Shown piece after piece: positions 8,652-19,967 of a stretch of 64,000 nt of DNA. How positions within the stretch are numbered: position 1 is the stretch's first letter; every line of letters begins with the position of its first letter. The notes below the pieces were generated by a model, which worked only from the letters and a program-made list of their open reading frames with translations, was not told the DNA's origin and did no database searches. Origin of the DNA: Leptospiraceae bacterium (lineage in GTDB: Bacteria; Spirochaetota; Leptospiria; Leptospirales; Leptonemataceae); NCBI GenBank assembly GCA_040217195.1, contig JAVJNR010000004.1, positions 1-64,000 on the forward strand, read 5' to 3'. The position numbers and the translations under genes were made by a program.

Positions 8652-8883
8652 CTTAGGCTTCTGAAGCCGATTTTTCAATTACTGCCTACTGCCGGCCTGC
8701 TAACGCTATACTTGTATATTAAATAGCATAACAACCGGTTTAAGTAGCATAAGCACCGAATCCACCCACATATGACGAATTTAACGGGCATTATGTCCGT
8801 TAAAAAAATGCGATTAAATGAAACGGATTGCCTACCGATGCATTCGTATAGGAATCAGGTTGTTTTGAATAGAAGAGAAAGGC

Positions 8884-9249
8884 TTACTCTTTATAGAATA
8901 GTTCCAGAAGATGGCCGTCCGGATCTGAAACCAGAAGAGACTCCCCGCCTTCAATTAGAAGAGGTCCTTTGATGATTTTGATTTCCCTTTGCTCTAACTC
9001 TTGAATGGCTTCCGTAAAGTCATCCACATCCAGAATAAAAGAAAGCGAATACTCACCTGGATTCTCAATTGAGGCAGTAAAATCAGCGATCAGGTTGAAT
9101 CGGAGGGCAACCGGGTCCAGTCGAACCAGAGCATGATTCTCAGATTCTTCGAGCAGCTCGAAGTCAAGCACCTCCGTATAGAACTCAACAGACCGTTTAA
9201 GATCGGATGAGCCAAGAGAGATGTGATGTAGTCCTTCAACGAGTATCAT
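8884..9249 (-). CDS. VOC/glyoxalase family protein
   Basis: LHHISL..SDLKRSVEFY..VL and DPDGHLLEL motifs. Confidence 0.92.
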   Translation of the reverse strand: MILVEGLHHISLGSSDLKRSVEFYTEVLDFELLEESENHALVRLDPVALRFNLIADFTASIENPGEYSLSFILDVDDFTEAIQELEQREIKIIKGPLLIEGGESLLVSDPDGHLLELFYKE

Positions 9250-9372
9250 AATTTCCTCTGGAAAAGCCAGATTTCGGTATCAATGGTCCAGGATCAATGA
9301 TTTTCCATAAACCAGCACACCCCTTAAGCATTCTAAAGGATGACCGAAAATGACATAGGCGCTATCGTAATC

Positions 9373-10662
9373 ATGAAAACTCGAAATGCAATTCTTTTCT
9401 CATCTATTCTGATTCTTATGCACATAAGTGGTGTTACAGGAAAACCGGTTCCTGTATCGCAATCCCCTTCTCTGACCAACCCGCCCCGGGGTTTAAATGA
9501 AAGCACAGAGGAAACCGTCCATTTTCGGTTCAAGTTATCCACAGGAGATGTTCTGACGGTAGATAAGATTCAGGACATTATCCTCGCTCGCAATGAATCC
9601 AGAGGCAGCAGGGAAGAAAGAAATAAGATTGTTCTAAAGGTAACCGAACGTTCGGATTCCGATCAACCGACTCAGGCACATGCCATCCTTTCGGGGCAAT
9701 TCCATACATACGCCCGCACTCCGGCAGGCCAGGGACCTTTCAAAAAAGAGCAGAGCTATGACAGTCAGTTCTCCATAAGCGACCTGGGGCATTATGAGGT
9801 ACCCGATCGATTTATTATGCCCAATCTGCGAAGTCTGCCCAGCTTTCCAGAAGAGGAAGTCAAGAAGGATCAAATATGGAAAGCACCTGGCATGGAGACT
9901 ATGGATCTGCAGGGCCATAAGATTAAAATCCCGATGACTGTGAAATACCAGTACATGGGCGAAGGCTGGATCATTGACCGTGATGGAAAGAAGCGTAAAG
10001 CTCATAAGATACAGTTTGCCTATAAATTTATTCATCCTGTGAATCGGCCGGGGTTTCCCCTGCGAAGGATTACAGGTATTTCCACGGATGAAATGTGGTT
10101 TGATGCGCAGTCCGGAATTCCCATATACGATGTTCAGAATATCCAGTACCGCTTTGAATCCGTAGGTCAGAAAGTGGATGGAATCTACCGAATTCATAGC
10201 TGGTATGATAAATCCAGAACAGTAAGCGAAGAGCAAAAAGAACAGATGGCAGAGAATATTCGCCAGGATCTGAAGGATAATGCGGATGATGTAAATGTGC
10301 GAAAAACCGATGAAGGTATTGCTCTGGATCTGAGTGATATATTGTTCGAGTTTGATTCAGCGGATCTAACTCCCAGAGCGCGGGCCACCATTGATGGAAT
10401 TGCAAAGATATTGAAACGTTATCCGGATCGAGAAATTCGTATCTCCGGTCATACGGACTCCACGGGACCGGATCAGTACAACCAGAAATTATCCGAGCAT
10501 AGAGCCAGAAGTGTTCTACAGGAATTGCAGAAGAATCATTCGTTTGATGCTACCCGGATGTCCTATAAAGGATTTGGAGAAGAAAAACCAATCGCATCCA
10601 ACGAATCAACGGAAGGGCGAGCAAAGAATAGAAGAGTTGAGATTCTGATCGTTACCGAGTAG
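9373..10662 (+). CDS. OmpA-family protein
   Basis: Signal peptide; C-terminal ILFEFDSA, GHTDSTG, NQKLSEHRA, NRRVEI. Confidence 0.92.
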   Translation: MKTRNAILFSSILILMHISGVTGKPVPVSQSPSLTNPPRGLNESTEETVHFRFKLSTGDVLTVDKIQDIILARNESRGSREERNKIVLKVTERSDSDQPTQAHAILSGQFHTYARTPAGQGPFKKEQSYDSQFSISDLGHYEVPDRFIMPNLRSLPSFPEEEVKKDQIWKAPGMETMDLQGHKIKIPMTVKYQYMGEGWIIDRDGKKRKAHKIQFAYKFIHPVNRPGFPLRRITGISTDEMWFDAQSGIPIYDVQNIQYRFESVGQKVDGIYRIHSWYDKSRTVSEEQKEQMAENIRQDLKDNADDVNVRKTDEGIALDLSDILFEFDSADLTPRARATIDGIAKILKRYPDREIRISGHTDSTGPDQYNQKLSEHRARSVLQELQKNHSFDATRMSYKGFGEEKPIASNESTEGRAKNRRVEILIVTE

Positions 10663-10785
10663 CCTGGATCATCCTCTCCAGCAGTCTGTAACGCGAAGTC
10701 CCGGCCTGTTCTCATTGGACGCCGTGGGGACGCACTGGGAAGCTTGACCCTGGTCGCGAAAGGCACTTACCTGGGGGCTCAGATC

Positions 10786-11385
10786 TCAGGCATCTCCATC
10801 GTGTAATAATGCCACACTTTGTTCTGAACGAAGATTGGGCAGAATACCGATTTTGCGTCTTCCCGAAAAGAAGGCTATATCTTCAATTACCAGATTCTTG
10901 GCCCTGGTAAAATCTTTGAAATCATGGATGGAAAAATACTGCAGATTGGGGCTTAAATACCAGGGATGGGGCATCCTGGTGGTGACGGGGCTTCGTCCTC
11001 GAAGAAGTATCTGAAACCGGGCACGCCAGTAAGCGAAATTGTTAAAACCGACTATGACTCTCTTGCCTACACGGAACGCTTCTTCCAGAACTTTCCATGG
11101 ATCAATGAGCTCTTGAAAAGTACCAATAAGCAATACATAGTCAAAGCTATTCTTTCCGTACTGATCCAGTCCATCCAGAATATCTCCCTGATGCACCACA
11201 AGCCCTCTTTCGATGCAACGGGCGGCCAGAGTGCCATCCTTTTCTACGCCTTCTGCTTCTACTTTTCTGTGCTCAACCAGTCTCTGTAAGAATGCTCCGT
11301 CACCGGTTCCCAGGTCCAGAACTCTGGATCCGGGAGGAACCCAGGCTGCCACTGTATCATACAGTGCCTGAATCATTTGCTGCAA
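10786..11385 (-). CDS. metW: methionine biosynthesis protein MetW
   Basis: VLDLGTGDG SAM-binding motif, NFAYWRAR, PWYLSPN; follows metX. Confidence 0.9.
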   Translation of the reverse strand: MQQMIQALYDTVAAWVPPGSRVLDLGTGDGAFLQRLVEHRKVEAEGVEKDGTLAARCIERGLVVHQGDILDGLDQYGKNSFDYVLLIGTFQELIDPWKVLEEAFRVGKRVIVGFNNFAYWRARFQILLRGRSPVTTRMPHPWYLSPNLQYFSIHDFKDFTRAKNLVIEDIAFFSGRRKIGILPNLRSEQSVALLHDGDA

Positions 11386-12571
11386 TTGCTCCCTGATCTC
11401 TCATATTCCTGTACTCCACATTCAGAAAGTTCCCGAGCACGCCAAACAATTCTACATTGTGGATTAGAAAAGAGTCATGTCCATTGGGTGTTTCCAGGTT
11501 AAGATAGGTTACCGTGACTCTGGACCGCTTCAATGCACGGACGAGTTCCCTGGACTGGGAAGGCGGATAAAGCCAGTCCGATTCGAAGCTTACCACCAGA
11601 AATCGTGCTTCCACCGAAGAAAAAACATCCTCTGGATTGTTTCCTGCCAGTAGATCAAACATATCCAGAGCTTTGGTGATGTAAAGATAGGAGTTGGGAT
11701 CAAATCGTTTTACAAAGCTTTCGCCCTGATAATGTAGATAGCTCTCAACGGAAAAGTACATGGGAAATAAATCTTCCCTGGAAGGAGGCCTCTGTTGTCT
11801 TCTTCCGAACTTATCCTGCATGGAGAATTCGGAAAGATAAGTAACATGAGCCACCATTCGAGCCACAGCCAGTCCATGTTCCGGTCGGCTCTCTTTGCTA
11901 TATTCACCGTCCTGCCATTTAGGATCATTCAATATTGCCTGGCGTCCCACTTCATTAAATGCGATTTGCATTGCCGAATGAGCCATGCATGAAGCCAGAG
12001 GAACACAGGTCTGCACCCGATCCGAATAATGGGTAGCCCATACCAGAGCCTGCATCCCACCCATGCTTCCACCGATCACGGAGAATAGTTTTTGAATCCC
12101 CAGATGATCTATTAGTTCTACCTGCCCTCGTACCATGTCTTCGATGGTTATGGGCGGAAATTCCATGCCATAGGGCTTTCCGGTGTCTGGATTGATGGAG
12201 GCAGGACCGGTGCTGCCATTACATCCTCCAATCACATTGGAACAGATTACAAAGAATTTATCTGTGTCGATGGTTTTGCCTGGACCAACATAAAGATCCC
12301 ACCAACCAGGTCGGCCGGTTTCTCCATGGGAGCCGGCCACATGGGCATTTCCGGAAAGAGCATGACAGATCAGGATGGCATTATCCTTTTCCGGACTGAG
12401 TTTCCCCAGGGTTAGATAATTGATTTCGATTTCTTTTAGTCGGTAGCCGGAACGAGTCTGAAATCCGGAAAGCCTGGCTGTGCGGGTGTGCACCTCTCCC
12501 AGGGGTGATACATACCCTTCAATCTTTCCGTCCTGTAGATCGCCTTCGATAGAACCGTCTCTTCTGTCCAT
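11357..12571 (-). CDS. metX: homoserine O-acetyltransferase
   Basis: LICHALSG, GGSMGGMQ, DWLYPP, GHDSFL. Confidence 0.96.
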   Translation of the reverse strand: MDRRDGSIEGDLQDGKIEGYVSPLGEVHTRTARLSGFQTRSGYRLKEIEINYLTLGKLSPEKDNAILICHALSGNAHVAGSHGETGRPGWWDLYVGPGKTIDTDKFFVICSNVIGGCNGSTGPASINPDTGKPYGMEFPPITIEDMVRGQVELIDHLGIQKLFSVIGGSMGGMQALVWATHYSDRVQTCVPLASCMAHSAMQIAFNEVGRQAILNDPKWQDGEYSKESRPEHGLAVARMVAHVTYLSEFSMQDKFGRRQQRPPSREDLFPMYFSVESYLHYQGESFVKRFDPNSYLYITKALDMFDLLAGNNPEDVFSSVEARFLVVSFESDWLYPPSQSRELVRALKRSRVTVTYLNLETPNGHDSFLIHNVELFGVLGNFLNVEYRNMRDQGAIAANDSGTV

Positions 12572-12677
12572 AGATAAAGGAGCACCGACCGAGAGCCGGT
12601 GCTTCTGTCCATAAAAGCCATGGAGGCTTTCGTTGAGAGCGATTTTTTGCCGGCTACTGGAAAAAGAGCCTGGGCCC

Positions 12678-13985
<1,308 letters not shown>

Positions 13986-14146
13986 TTATCTTTAGATAGG
14001 ATGATATTCCTTCTTTCCTGATTTTCTGCGCTCCCCGCAATACCGGGTCCAGTTCAGTAGCCATATCCTACCATATTACTATGAATTGGCAGGATAGGCT
14101 TTTCGCTGCCGTCGGTCAATCCTGAATCCGCCAGCCCGGCCACTGA

Positions 14147-15454
14147 TTAAAGGATTTTTTTGGCGGCATCCAGGTAGGTCTCCAGGGAATAAAATTCCCG
14201 GGCTTCCGTTCTGCTCCCCTGGCTCTGCAGTATCCAGAACCCCCGGGCATGGGCAAAACCTGCAAAATCCGATGACTCAGTAGAACTATCGCCATCGGCC
14301 GATGCATGGAATTGCCCCTCCCTTTCAGAGGATGGATCATGATTCCGGACAGTAGCCGGTACGGCCTGTACAGACCCTCCTCGAGCCGAAAGTATCCACA
14401 GATCCCCCTTATATAATTCTAAAAAAAGTTCCGGATACTGCCAGCCTCTAGCACTGTCCGCATTCCGGTCCTGATTGAACCGCGACAGGAAATCTTCCAG
14501 GATGGACAGGATTCCGGCCGAATTTTCGTTCGTTGCCCATAGATGGATTCCTGTGGCAGAGCAATGGCTCCAGACCGATTGATTTAATGCCAGCTCGTCC
14601 AGATACTCCTGCCATTCCAGGATCCGTCGGGCGATGGTATCCGCCGCGGCGGAATCTGAAAGTCCTGGGCGAATGAAATGCTGAAGTTCATGAAAGCCCA
14701 GTTGCAGGTAAGTTCCCTGGATTCGCCCCGCACCAGGCCCATGATTTCGAAAAAGGCTCTCCCGTTCGGTATCCAGTAGCCAGCTCCACAGGTTTCGGGC
14801 TCCATCCGGCAGATGTAGTCGGCGGCCGGCGGATGAGCGGGGCTGAAAATCCATGAAAAATCGTCGTAGCTCCAGCACCAGGTGAGTAAGCCTTACCGGA
14901 ATCACGCTTCGTCCCAGCAGTCTTGCGCGAATAAAGATGAGCAATGGTAGCAAAGCCACAGAAAGTAGAGTAGCCCGAATCAAAGAGCGAATTGGGTCGT
15001 TCCCGGCAAAGAACTGAAATTGTCCGGAAAGAAGTAACAATGCCCCTACGCCGGATACATACAAGACAGTGAGTAGAATGCCAGTGTTCCGTCCGTAAGC
15101 CAGAAACCAGATTAGAAGTAGAACAAAACGAAGCTCTCCGCCAGCATCCACAAGAGTAAGATATACCGATATAGGCAGACTTAAAGCAGCGGCTACCCAG
15201 AGTGCAAGACGATGCATGGTCTGGCGGCCCAGACGGCCCAGGCGAAACGCAGACCAGAGAGCCAGAAAAAGAAATAGTTCCAGGGAGAGTCCGTAGAGTA
15301 AGAACTCATAGGGCAATTGTCTGGAGCGAATCCACTCAAGAGCGATGAATGCAAAAGAAACCGCAAACAAAGCCTGCAAAGCACGAATGCCCAGTTGCAG
15401 ATCGAATGCTGGCTGGCCGACCTTACCGCCGGCTTTCCGGAACCGTTCCCACAT
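14147..15454 (-). CDS. multi-pass membrane protein with a soluble C-terminal domain (start uncertain)
   Basis: 435-aa ORF with about 6 hydrophobic segments. Confidence 0.7.
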   Translation of the reverse strand: MWERFRKAGGKVGQPAFDLQLGIRALQALFAVSFAFIALEWIRSRQLPYEFLLYGLSLELFLFLALWSAFRLGRLGRQTMHRLALWVAAALSLPISVYLTLVDAGGELRFVLLLIWFLAYGRNTGILLTVLYVSGVGALLLLSGQFQFFAGNDPIRSLIRATLLSVALLPLLIFIRARLLGRSVIPVRLTHLVLELRRFFMDFQPRSSAGRRLHLPDGARNLWSWLLDTERESLFRNHGPGAGRIQGTYLQLGFHELQHFIRPGLSDSAAADTIARRILEWQEYLDELALNQSVWSHCSATGIHLWATNENSAGILSILEDFLSRFNQDRNADSARGWQYPELFLELYKGDLWILSARGGSVQAVPATVRNHDPSSEREGQFHASADGDSSTESSDFAGFAHARGFWILQSQGSRTEAREFYSLETYLDAAKKIL

Positions 15455-15833
15455 ATACTGAAGTAGCTCCCGATGAACGCACTTGATCTACTAGCTGAAC
15501 CACCTTGCCATGGGCAAGATCCGAATCCGCATTGATCAGTATTCTGGACTCAGATGGATTTTTCATGGAGGAAAGCCTTTCCTTGAGCTGAGTTCCGTCC
15601 ACAGGCTCTCCGTTCCAGTACATCTGGCCGCCTTTTTCTGCAGCAATTGTGACTGTGTAGTCCGAACGATTGGCTCCTGAGCTGGTTCCAGGAAGTTGAA
15701 TTTTAAACGATGCCTGATAGAGACCGGGAGCAGAAATCATGAAGATAATTAGCAGTACCAGAATTACATCGGTAAATGGCGTGATGTTAATGGTACTGAC
15801 CAGAGAATCATCGTCTTTCTTATAGCGAACCAA
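15423..15833 (-). CDS. exbD: ExbD/TolR biopolymer transporter
   Basis: INITPFTDVILVLLIIFMIS motif. Confidence 0.9.
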   Translation of the reverse strand: MVRYKKDDDSLVSTINITPFTDVILVLLIIFMISAPGLYQASFKIQLPGTSSGANRSDYTVTIAAEKGGQMYWNGEPVDGTQLKERLSSMKNPSESRILINADSDLAHGKVVQLVDQVRSSGATSVYVGTVPESRR

Positions 15834-15925
15834 AGTATTACTCCTGAGATCTGCTCTTTATGCCAGGTTAGAATTCCGGCCCGGTAAAGGACAATCTGGT
15901 TGGCTGCAGATTTCGCAGGCCAGTT

Positions 15926-16555
15926 TCATCGAAGGGATTCCTTGAGGCGAGAGGCCTGGACTTCCATGGATAGTACGTAGGCCTCGGCCTTCTTCTTCAG
16001 GAAGTTATATGCGAAGGTTGCTGGAATAGCAACTAGAAGACCTGCCGCTGTAGCAACCAGCGCTTCAGCGATACCAGCATTCAATCCGGATAGATCCCGT
16101 CCACCGCCACCAAGTTCCACAAAAGCTCGGATAATTCCAAATACGGTACCCAGAAGACCAATGAATGGACTCACAGAACCCAGAGTAGCCAGCAAAGTAA
16201 AGAACCGCTCTAGCTCAGGTAATTTCTCAGCAATGGCACGACTTTTCACTTCTTCGAATCGTTCGCTGTAGTTCGGCTCCCCTGGATTTTCACCGGGACC
16301 AGAAAGACATTCAGCCAGAACGTAGGACACAGGGGATCGGGCCGACCGAGCATAACTCAAAGCCTCCGATCCTTTTCCGGCAGATGCAAGGCGCAGAATC
16401 TCATCGTATTCTTTGCTACTGTCCAGGTTTTTGAAATACATCCAGCGCTCTGCAATAGCGATTAGAGCAGCCAGAAGGAAGATTATCAGCAGAATCAGTA
16501 CCGGACCGCCGGCCTGAATCATCATTGACCAGGTAAATTCCATTGTTCGGGTCAT
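15926..16555 (-). CDS. exbB: MotA/TolQ/ExbB proton channel protein
   Basis: SPFIGLLGTVFGIIRAF and GIAEALVATAAGLLVAIPA. Confidence 0.9.
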   Translation of the reverse strand: MTRTMEFTWSMMIQAGGPVLILLIIFLLAALIAIAERWMYFKNLDSSKEYDEILRLASAGKGSEALSYARSARSPVSYVLAECLSGPGENPGEPNYSERFEEVKSRAIAEKLPELERFFTLLATLGSVSPFIGLLGTVFGIIRAFVELGGGGRDLSGLNAGIAEALVATAAGLLVAIPATFAYNFLKKKAEAYVLSMEVQASRLKESLR

Positions 16556-16582
16556 TTATGGGTCGCAGGGCGCGACTTGCAA

Positions 16583-16816
16583 TCAGCTTTCCTGGGCACT
16601 GCTTCGCATGCTTAGACGCAGTTCATCGTTCATTATACTTCGGACCCTGGACTCGCATGTTCCACAGCCAGTGCAGCAGCGAGTTTCCTGCTGGAGCTCC
16701 AAGAAATTGGAAGCCTTTCCCGAAGAGATGGTATTGCGGATTTGTTTTTCCGAAACTCCTCGACAGATACAAACCTTGGGCGGCCGCATCAGTGCATATA
16801 GCTGGGCTTCATCCAT
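16583..16816 (-). CDS. BFD-like (2Fe-2S)-binding protein
   Basis: VCICRGVSE...CCTGCGTC. Confidence 0.88.
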   Translation of the reverse strand: MDEAQLYALMRPPKVCICRGVSEKQIRNTISSGKASNFLELQQETRCCTGCGTCESRVRSIMNDELRLSMRSSAQES

Positions 16817-17176
16817 TCAGTTACAAATTAGATATACGGGCCTTTAATTTCCATCAAAATGTGAATTGTTCTTTTGAAGGTACCGCAGGATCTGCATGGA
16901 GATAATGCGATAGTTTGCCCGTCTAATGGGGCATTCTATGTGCACATCCGGACCAGGAAGTAACATCAGGGAGGCCTGCGGCCTGGCCCGGGGTCGCATA
17001 AACAACCGGAATAAGTTTTTAACCGAACCGCCTCTTTCCCAGGGGAGGCCCATCTCCGGAGAAGCCCGGATCCAGAGTGGCAGCACCGATGCGCACGGAG
17101 GGGCTGATCCGGTAGGAGCCGTGGATGACGAACATGGATCGCGAGAGGCGGCGAGCCGGGGGCACGGTGCTTCGCG

Positions 17177-17356
17177 CTACGAAGCAATTACCTGAACCGT
17201 AAACATTCTCCGGGGGCTAATCATTTTTTCTGGCAGCATATTTTTCCGGTACAGCGTTTTTGTATAGGCACCTCCAGACCGGACGATTGCACACCGGAAC
17301 CTACTTTTTGAACAGAGATTTTTTCCCTTAGCAGTCGAAGCGGCTAAGGAGGCTAG
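17177..17356. repeat. 180-bp island repeat, copy 2
   Basis: Ungapped similarity to 3601-3780. Confidence 0.9.
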
Positions 17357-17367
17357 AGCAGGCTGAT

Positions 17368-17754
17368 TCACCAGATTACATTGGCAGGATAGTTCTGAAG
17401 CTCGATGTCTTTAGAAATGAGCGCAGACTGAGTGTGGATGGCCGTGGCCAAAATGATACGATCATGCAGTTCCAACCCCTTGAGACCGACCGCAATTGTC
17501 AGGACTTCCGGAGTCAACGATTCGATTACATAGGGATCCGAGTCGGCAATTTGCCGATAAAAAGCCGAATAGTCCAGATTGATACGCCCCTTTTGACTCA
17601 GATGAAGGATCTCAGCCAAGACTATTACCGAAAGATGGATCCTGCCAACTGTTTCTGCATCTTCAATAGTTTGCAGAGCAAGGGCAGACAATCGATCGTT
17701 CAAAGAGGAATCCAGATACCAGACCAGCGCATGTGTATCTATAGTTACCTCCAC
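17368..17754 (-). CDS. vapC: PIN-domain (VapC) toxin
   Basis: IDTHALVW, LAEI, LHDRIILATA, LISKD; reading frame intact. Confidence 0.9.
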   Translation of the reverse strand: MEVTIDTHALVWYLDSSLNDRLSALALQTIEDAETVGRIHLSVIVLAEILHLSQKGRINLDYSAFYRQIADSDPYVIESLTPEVLTIAVGLKGLELHDRIILATAIHTQSALISKDIELQNYPANVIW

Positions 17755-17927
17755 TGGGATTGAACTTCCTTCAAGTCCGCATCCGTGATATTAGTATTCG
17801 CAAACAGTCCCCTCAAAGACACACGGTCTTCTTTTCTCTTCAGGGCAGATTGAAGCGAATCAAGCAAAAGTCGTTTTTCTTCCTCAGAAAGGTGCTCTAA
17901 TTCTTTCCTTATTTCATCTACCGTCAT
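17745..17927 (-). CDS. putative antitoxin of the adjacent VapC
   Basis: GGAGG RBS, 60 aa, SLRGLF motif, overlaps the PIN start. Confidence 0.75.
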   Translation of the reverse strand: MTVDEIRKELEHLSEEEKRLLLDSLQSALKRKEDRVSLRGLFANTNITDADLKEVQSQWR

Positions 17928-17987
17928 TGGCATACCTCCAGAATGCGTATCTGAAAATGAATAGTCGAGCAAAAATCCGTCTCTCCA

Positions 17988-18053
17988 TCCCAGGAGGATC
18001 TGGGAAATCTCTTGGATTTGAACTACAATCATATTGGACGCTTCGAAAGGGGG
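17988..18053 (+). pseudogene. XRE HTH fragment
   Basis: SQEDLGNLLDLNYNHIGRFERG, nearly identical to the start of 41655-42017. Confidence 0.75.
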
Positions 18054-18122
18054 CCAACTACCAGGCGGTATTATCGCCCAAGAGTTGCGAAGCAATTCCT
18101 CTGGTTTTCCCTGGCCATCTGC

Positions 18123-18270
18123 GCACAAGCTGAGAGCTGGTGCTGCACAGGATGTGCGGAGGTCGCGGAGGACAGGATGCCGGACAAGGATGTCCCAATG
18201 TCGGCGAAGCCACGGAGGGCGGGAGCCGACGAGTCAAGGAGCGACCCAGGAGGGCCGGAGGCGGCCCAGT
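18123..18270. repeat. cluster of GGA-hairpin mini-elements
   Basis: GCACAGGATGTGC, GGACAAGGATGTCC, GCCACGGAGGGC; left end matches 41753-41787. Confidence 0.75.
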
Positions 18271-18316
18271 TCTGAAGCAGATACACTGATCTGATGCATA
18301 ACCATTTTCTGTGTAG

Positions 18317-18427
18317 GTGCGGCTTATGGCCGAAACCGCGCTATAAGGCGAACCTCTGAACTCCCCCGGCAGAGGTTCGCATAATACCTGACTCCCCACA
18401 ATAACCCGCACCGGCCCGCCGAAGGCG
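18317..18427. repeat. pair of 37-bp inverted-repeat sites followed by a CGCCGAAGGCG hairpin
   Basis: Sites at 18317-18353 and 18375-18411, 21 nt apart. Confidence 0.75.
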
Positions 18428-18613
18428 AAAGGCCGCGCCAAGAGTTGATATTCGGGAAATCAGGTCACAGTCAAGAGCGGCTAGACTGCACCGAAGGCAT
18501 TACATGCAGGATGCTGTATTATTTGTGAGCCTATAGTACAGGCCAGAGTATTCCAACGATAGAATATGGGGTTGTAGAACGCGGTTCCGCTTTCTTTTCA
18601 AACCAAAGTGCCA

Positions 18614-19339
18614 CTATTGTTCCCGGTCCTTATGACCGAAGACTTCATAAGCATCGTAACAACCGGCTTTTTTGCCCTTTCTTTGTCTTTCTCTCAACTG
18701 CTCCCATTCTTGCGTGGTAACATCCTGCGGGACAGTCCCACAGCGGGCTTCGAGCGGCCACTGCGCCCAGTATATTGTCGCATCATCCAACACATTCGGG
18801 TAGGTCATAGATGGCTGGTAAGGACTATCGGAATAGGGCCCCCGCTGCAACTCCCCATATGGATTATCCGGAGCCACAGAGTGGTGTACGAAGATTTCCT
18901 GAACGTTTCCCACCAATAGGAAAACGGCTATTCAAATAGTTTCTTTCGTCAGATACCCTGAAGGAGACTTCTCGACTTTGGCCCATTTGTAGAACATGAT
19001 CTGGTTAAAGGAGAACTCTTGGCCCTTGAGGTCTTTCTGCAATGGTTCGACAAAGGTCCATTGGCGGTAGGGGATCGGCCCAAATAGCTTCCTAACATCC
19101 TCGATACCCTGTACGATATCCGGATTCCTGACAACAGAAACGTCCAGTATAGAAATCGGTGGAATAGATCGCCTGGCAGCCTTCATGTCTGCTTTCAAGT
19201 AGGCAGGGACGTGACGACCCGGTGCATTCGCGTCGTAGGCACTTCCGCAACCAGAGGCCCCAGGTGCAGGCAAACTGATCAGCCAGAGCGTCACAAGACT
19301 ATGAAGCGGGAGGGTAAGAATTTTCCTTTTGATTTCCAT
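18614..19339 (-). pseudogene. immunity-family member 2, split by an in-frame TGA
   Basis: ORFs 18932-19339 and 18614-18916 share a frame: SGYLTKETI*IAVFLLVGNVQEIFVHH matches the family motif. Confidence 0.75.
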
Positions 19340-19860
19340 TAATGACCTGCAGCGCGCCGCGGTGGAATGTCGGGATTACGATCCGGCATGTAGAAACCGT
19401 TCGGATCATCGCATCTATCCCGGTCGCCATAAAAGCACCCTATGGAATTCAAGTAGTTACTAACGAAATGCCCGAAGCTAGCGCCGGAGCCGTCACGAAA
19501 GTAATCCCATTGTTTGGCTTGATCGATCATTTCTTCACGACCATCGAATATGTCCCATCGGATTGGTTCTACCCATTTATTGACAACGATCTATAGCTCG
19601 CATAATGTTCCTGGCTCAGGTAGATTTCGAATGCCGTTCCAATCGTTAGCATTCTAGTACTTTTGAGTCCAGAAGTGTTCTTATTCTCAGCAGCCTTCAC
19701 AGATTGCATACAGAGAGCTCCACCGCCACTATGCCAGATGAGGTTGTTGACACGACCCTCTGGCAACAATTCAGATAAGTCAGTAGCATGAACCTGGGAG
19801 GCGTCCACAGCTCTTAGTTTGCCAGTCTGCTTTTCGAGATGAACGAAGCTGCCGCATGAG
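19339..19860 (-). pseudogene. frameshifted alpha/beta-hydrolase toxin fragment
   Basis: LIWHSGGG, MLTIGTA, then after a frameshift IVVNKW...SFGHF; its stop overlaps the start of the immunity gene. Confidence 0.65.
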
Positions 19861-19967
19861 AAGGATGAGATTTTCGAGCCTGCACTACAATGCTACGTGA
19901 CTCATACAATTTTCTAGCCTTGAAAGACAGCAACGGCGCATGTGCAAATCAGAGTATGCGAAAAATA

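Noticed and set aside
10663..10785. 6S or SRP RNA between ompA and metW
   Set aside because: The interval is GC-rich, but I could not find the SRP TCAGG-GRAA-AGCAG core or a convincing 6S long hairpin; an Rfam scan is needed.
14147..14760. adenylate/guanylate cyclase domain
   Set aside because: Only a vague topological resemblance; the catalytic Asp and GD motifs are not recognisable.
18374..18401. chromosomal dif site
   Set aside because: It has a XerC-like arm (GGTTCGCATAA) but no XerD arm after 6 bp, and it occurs in many copies.
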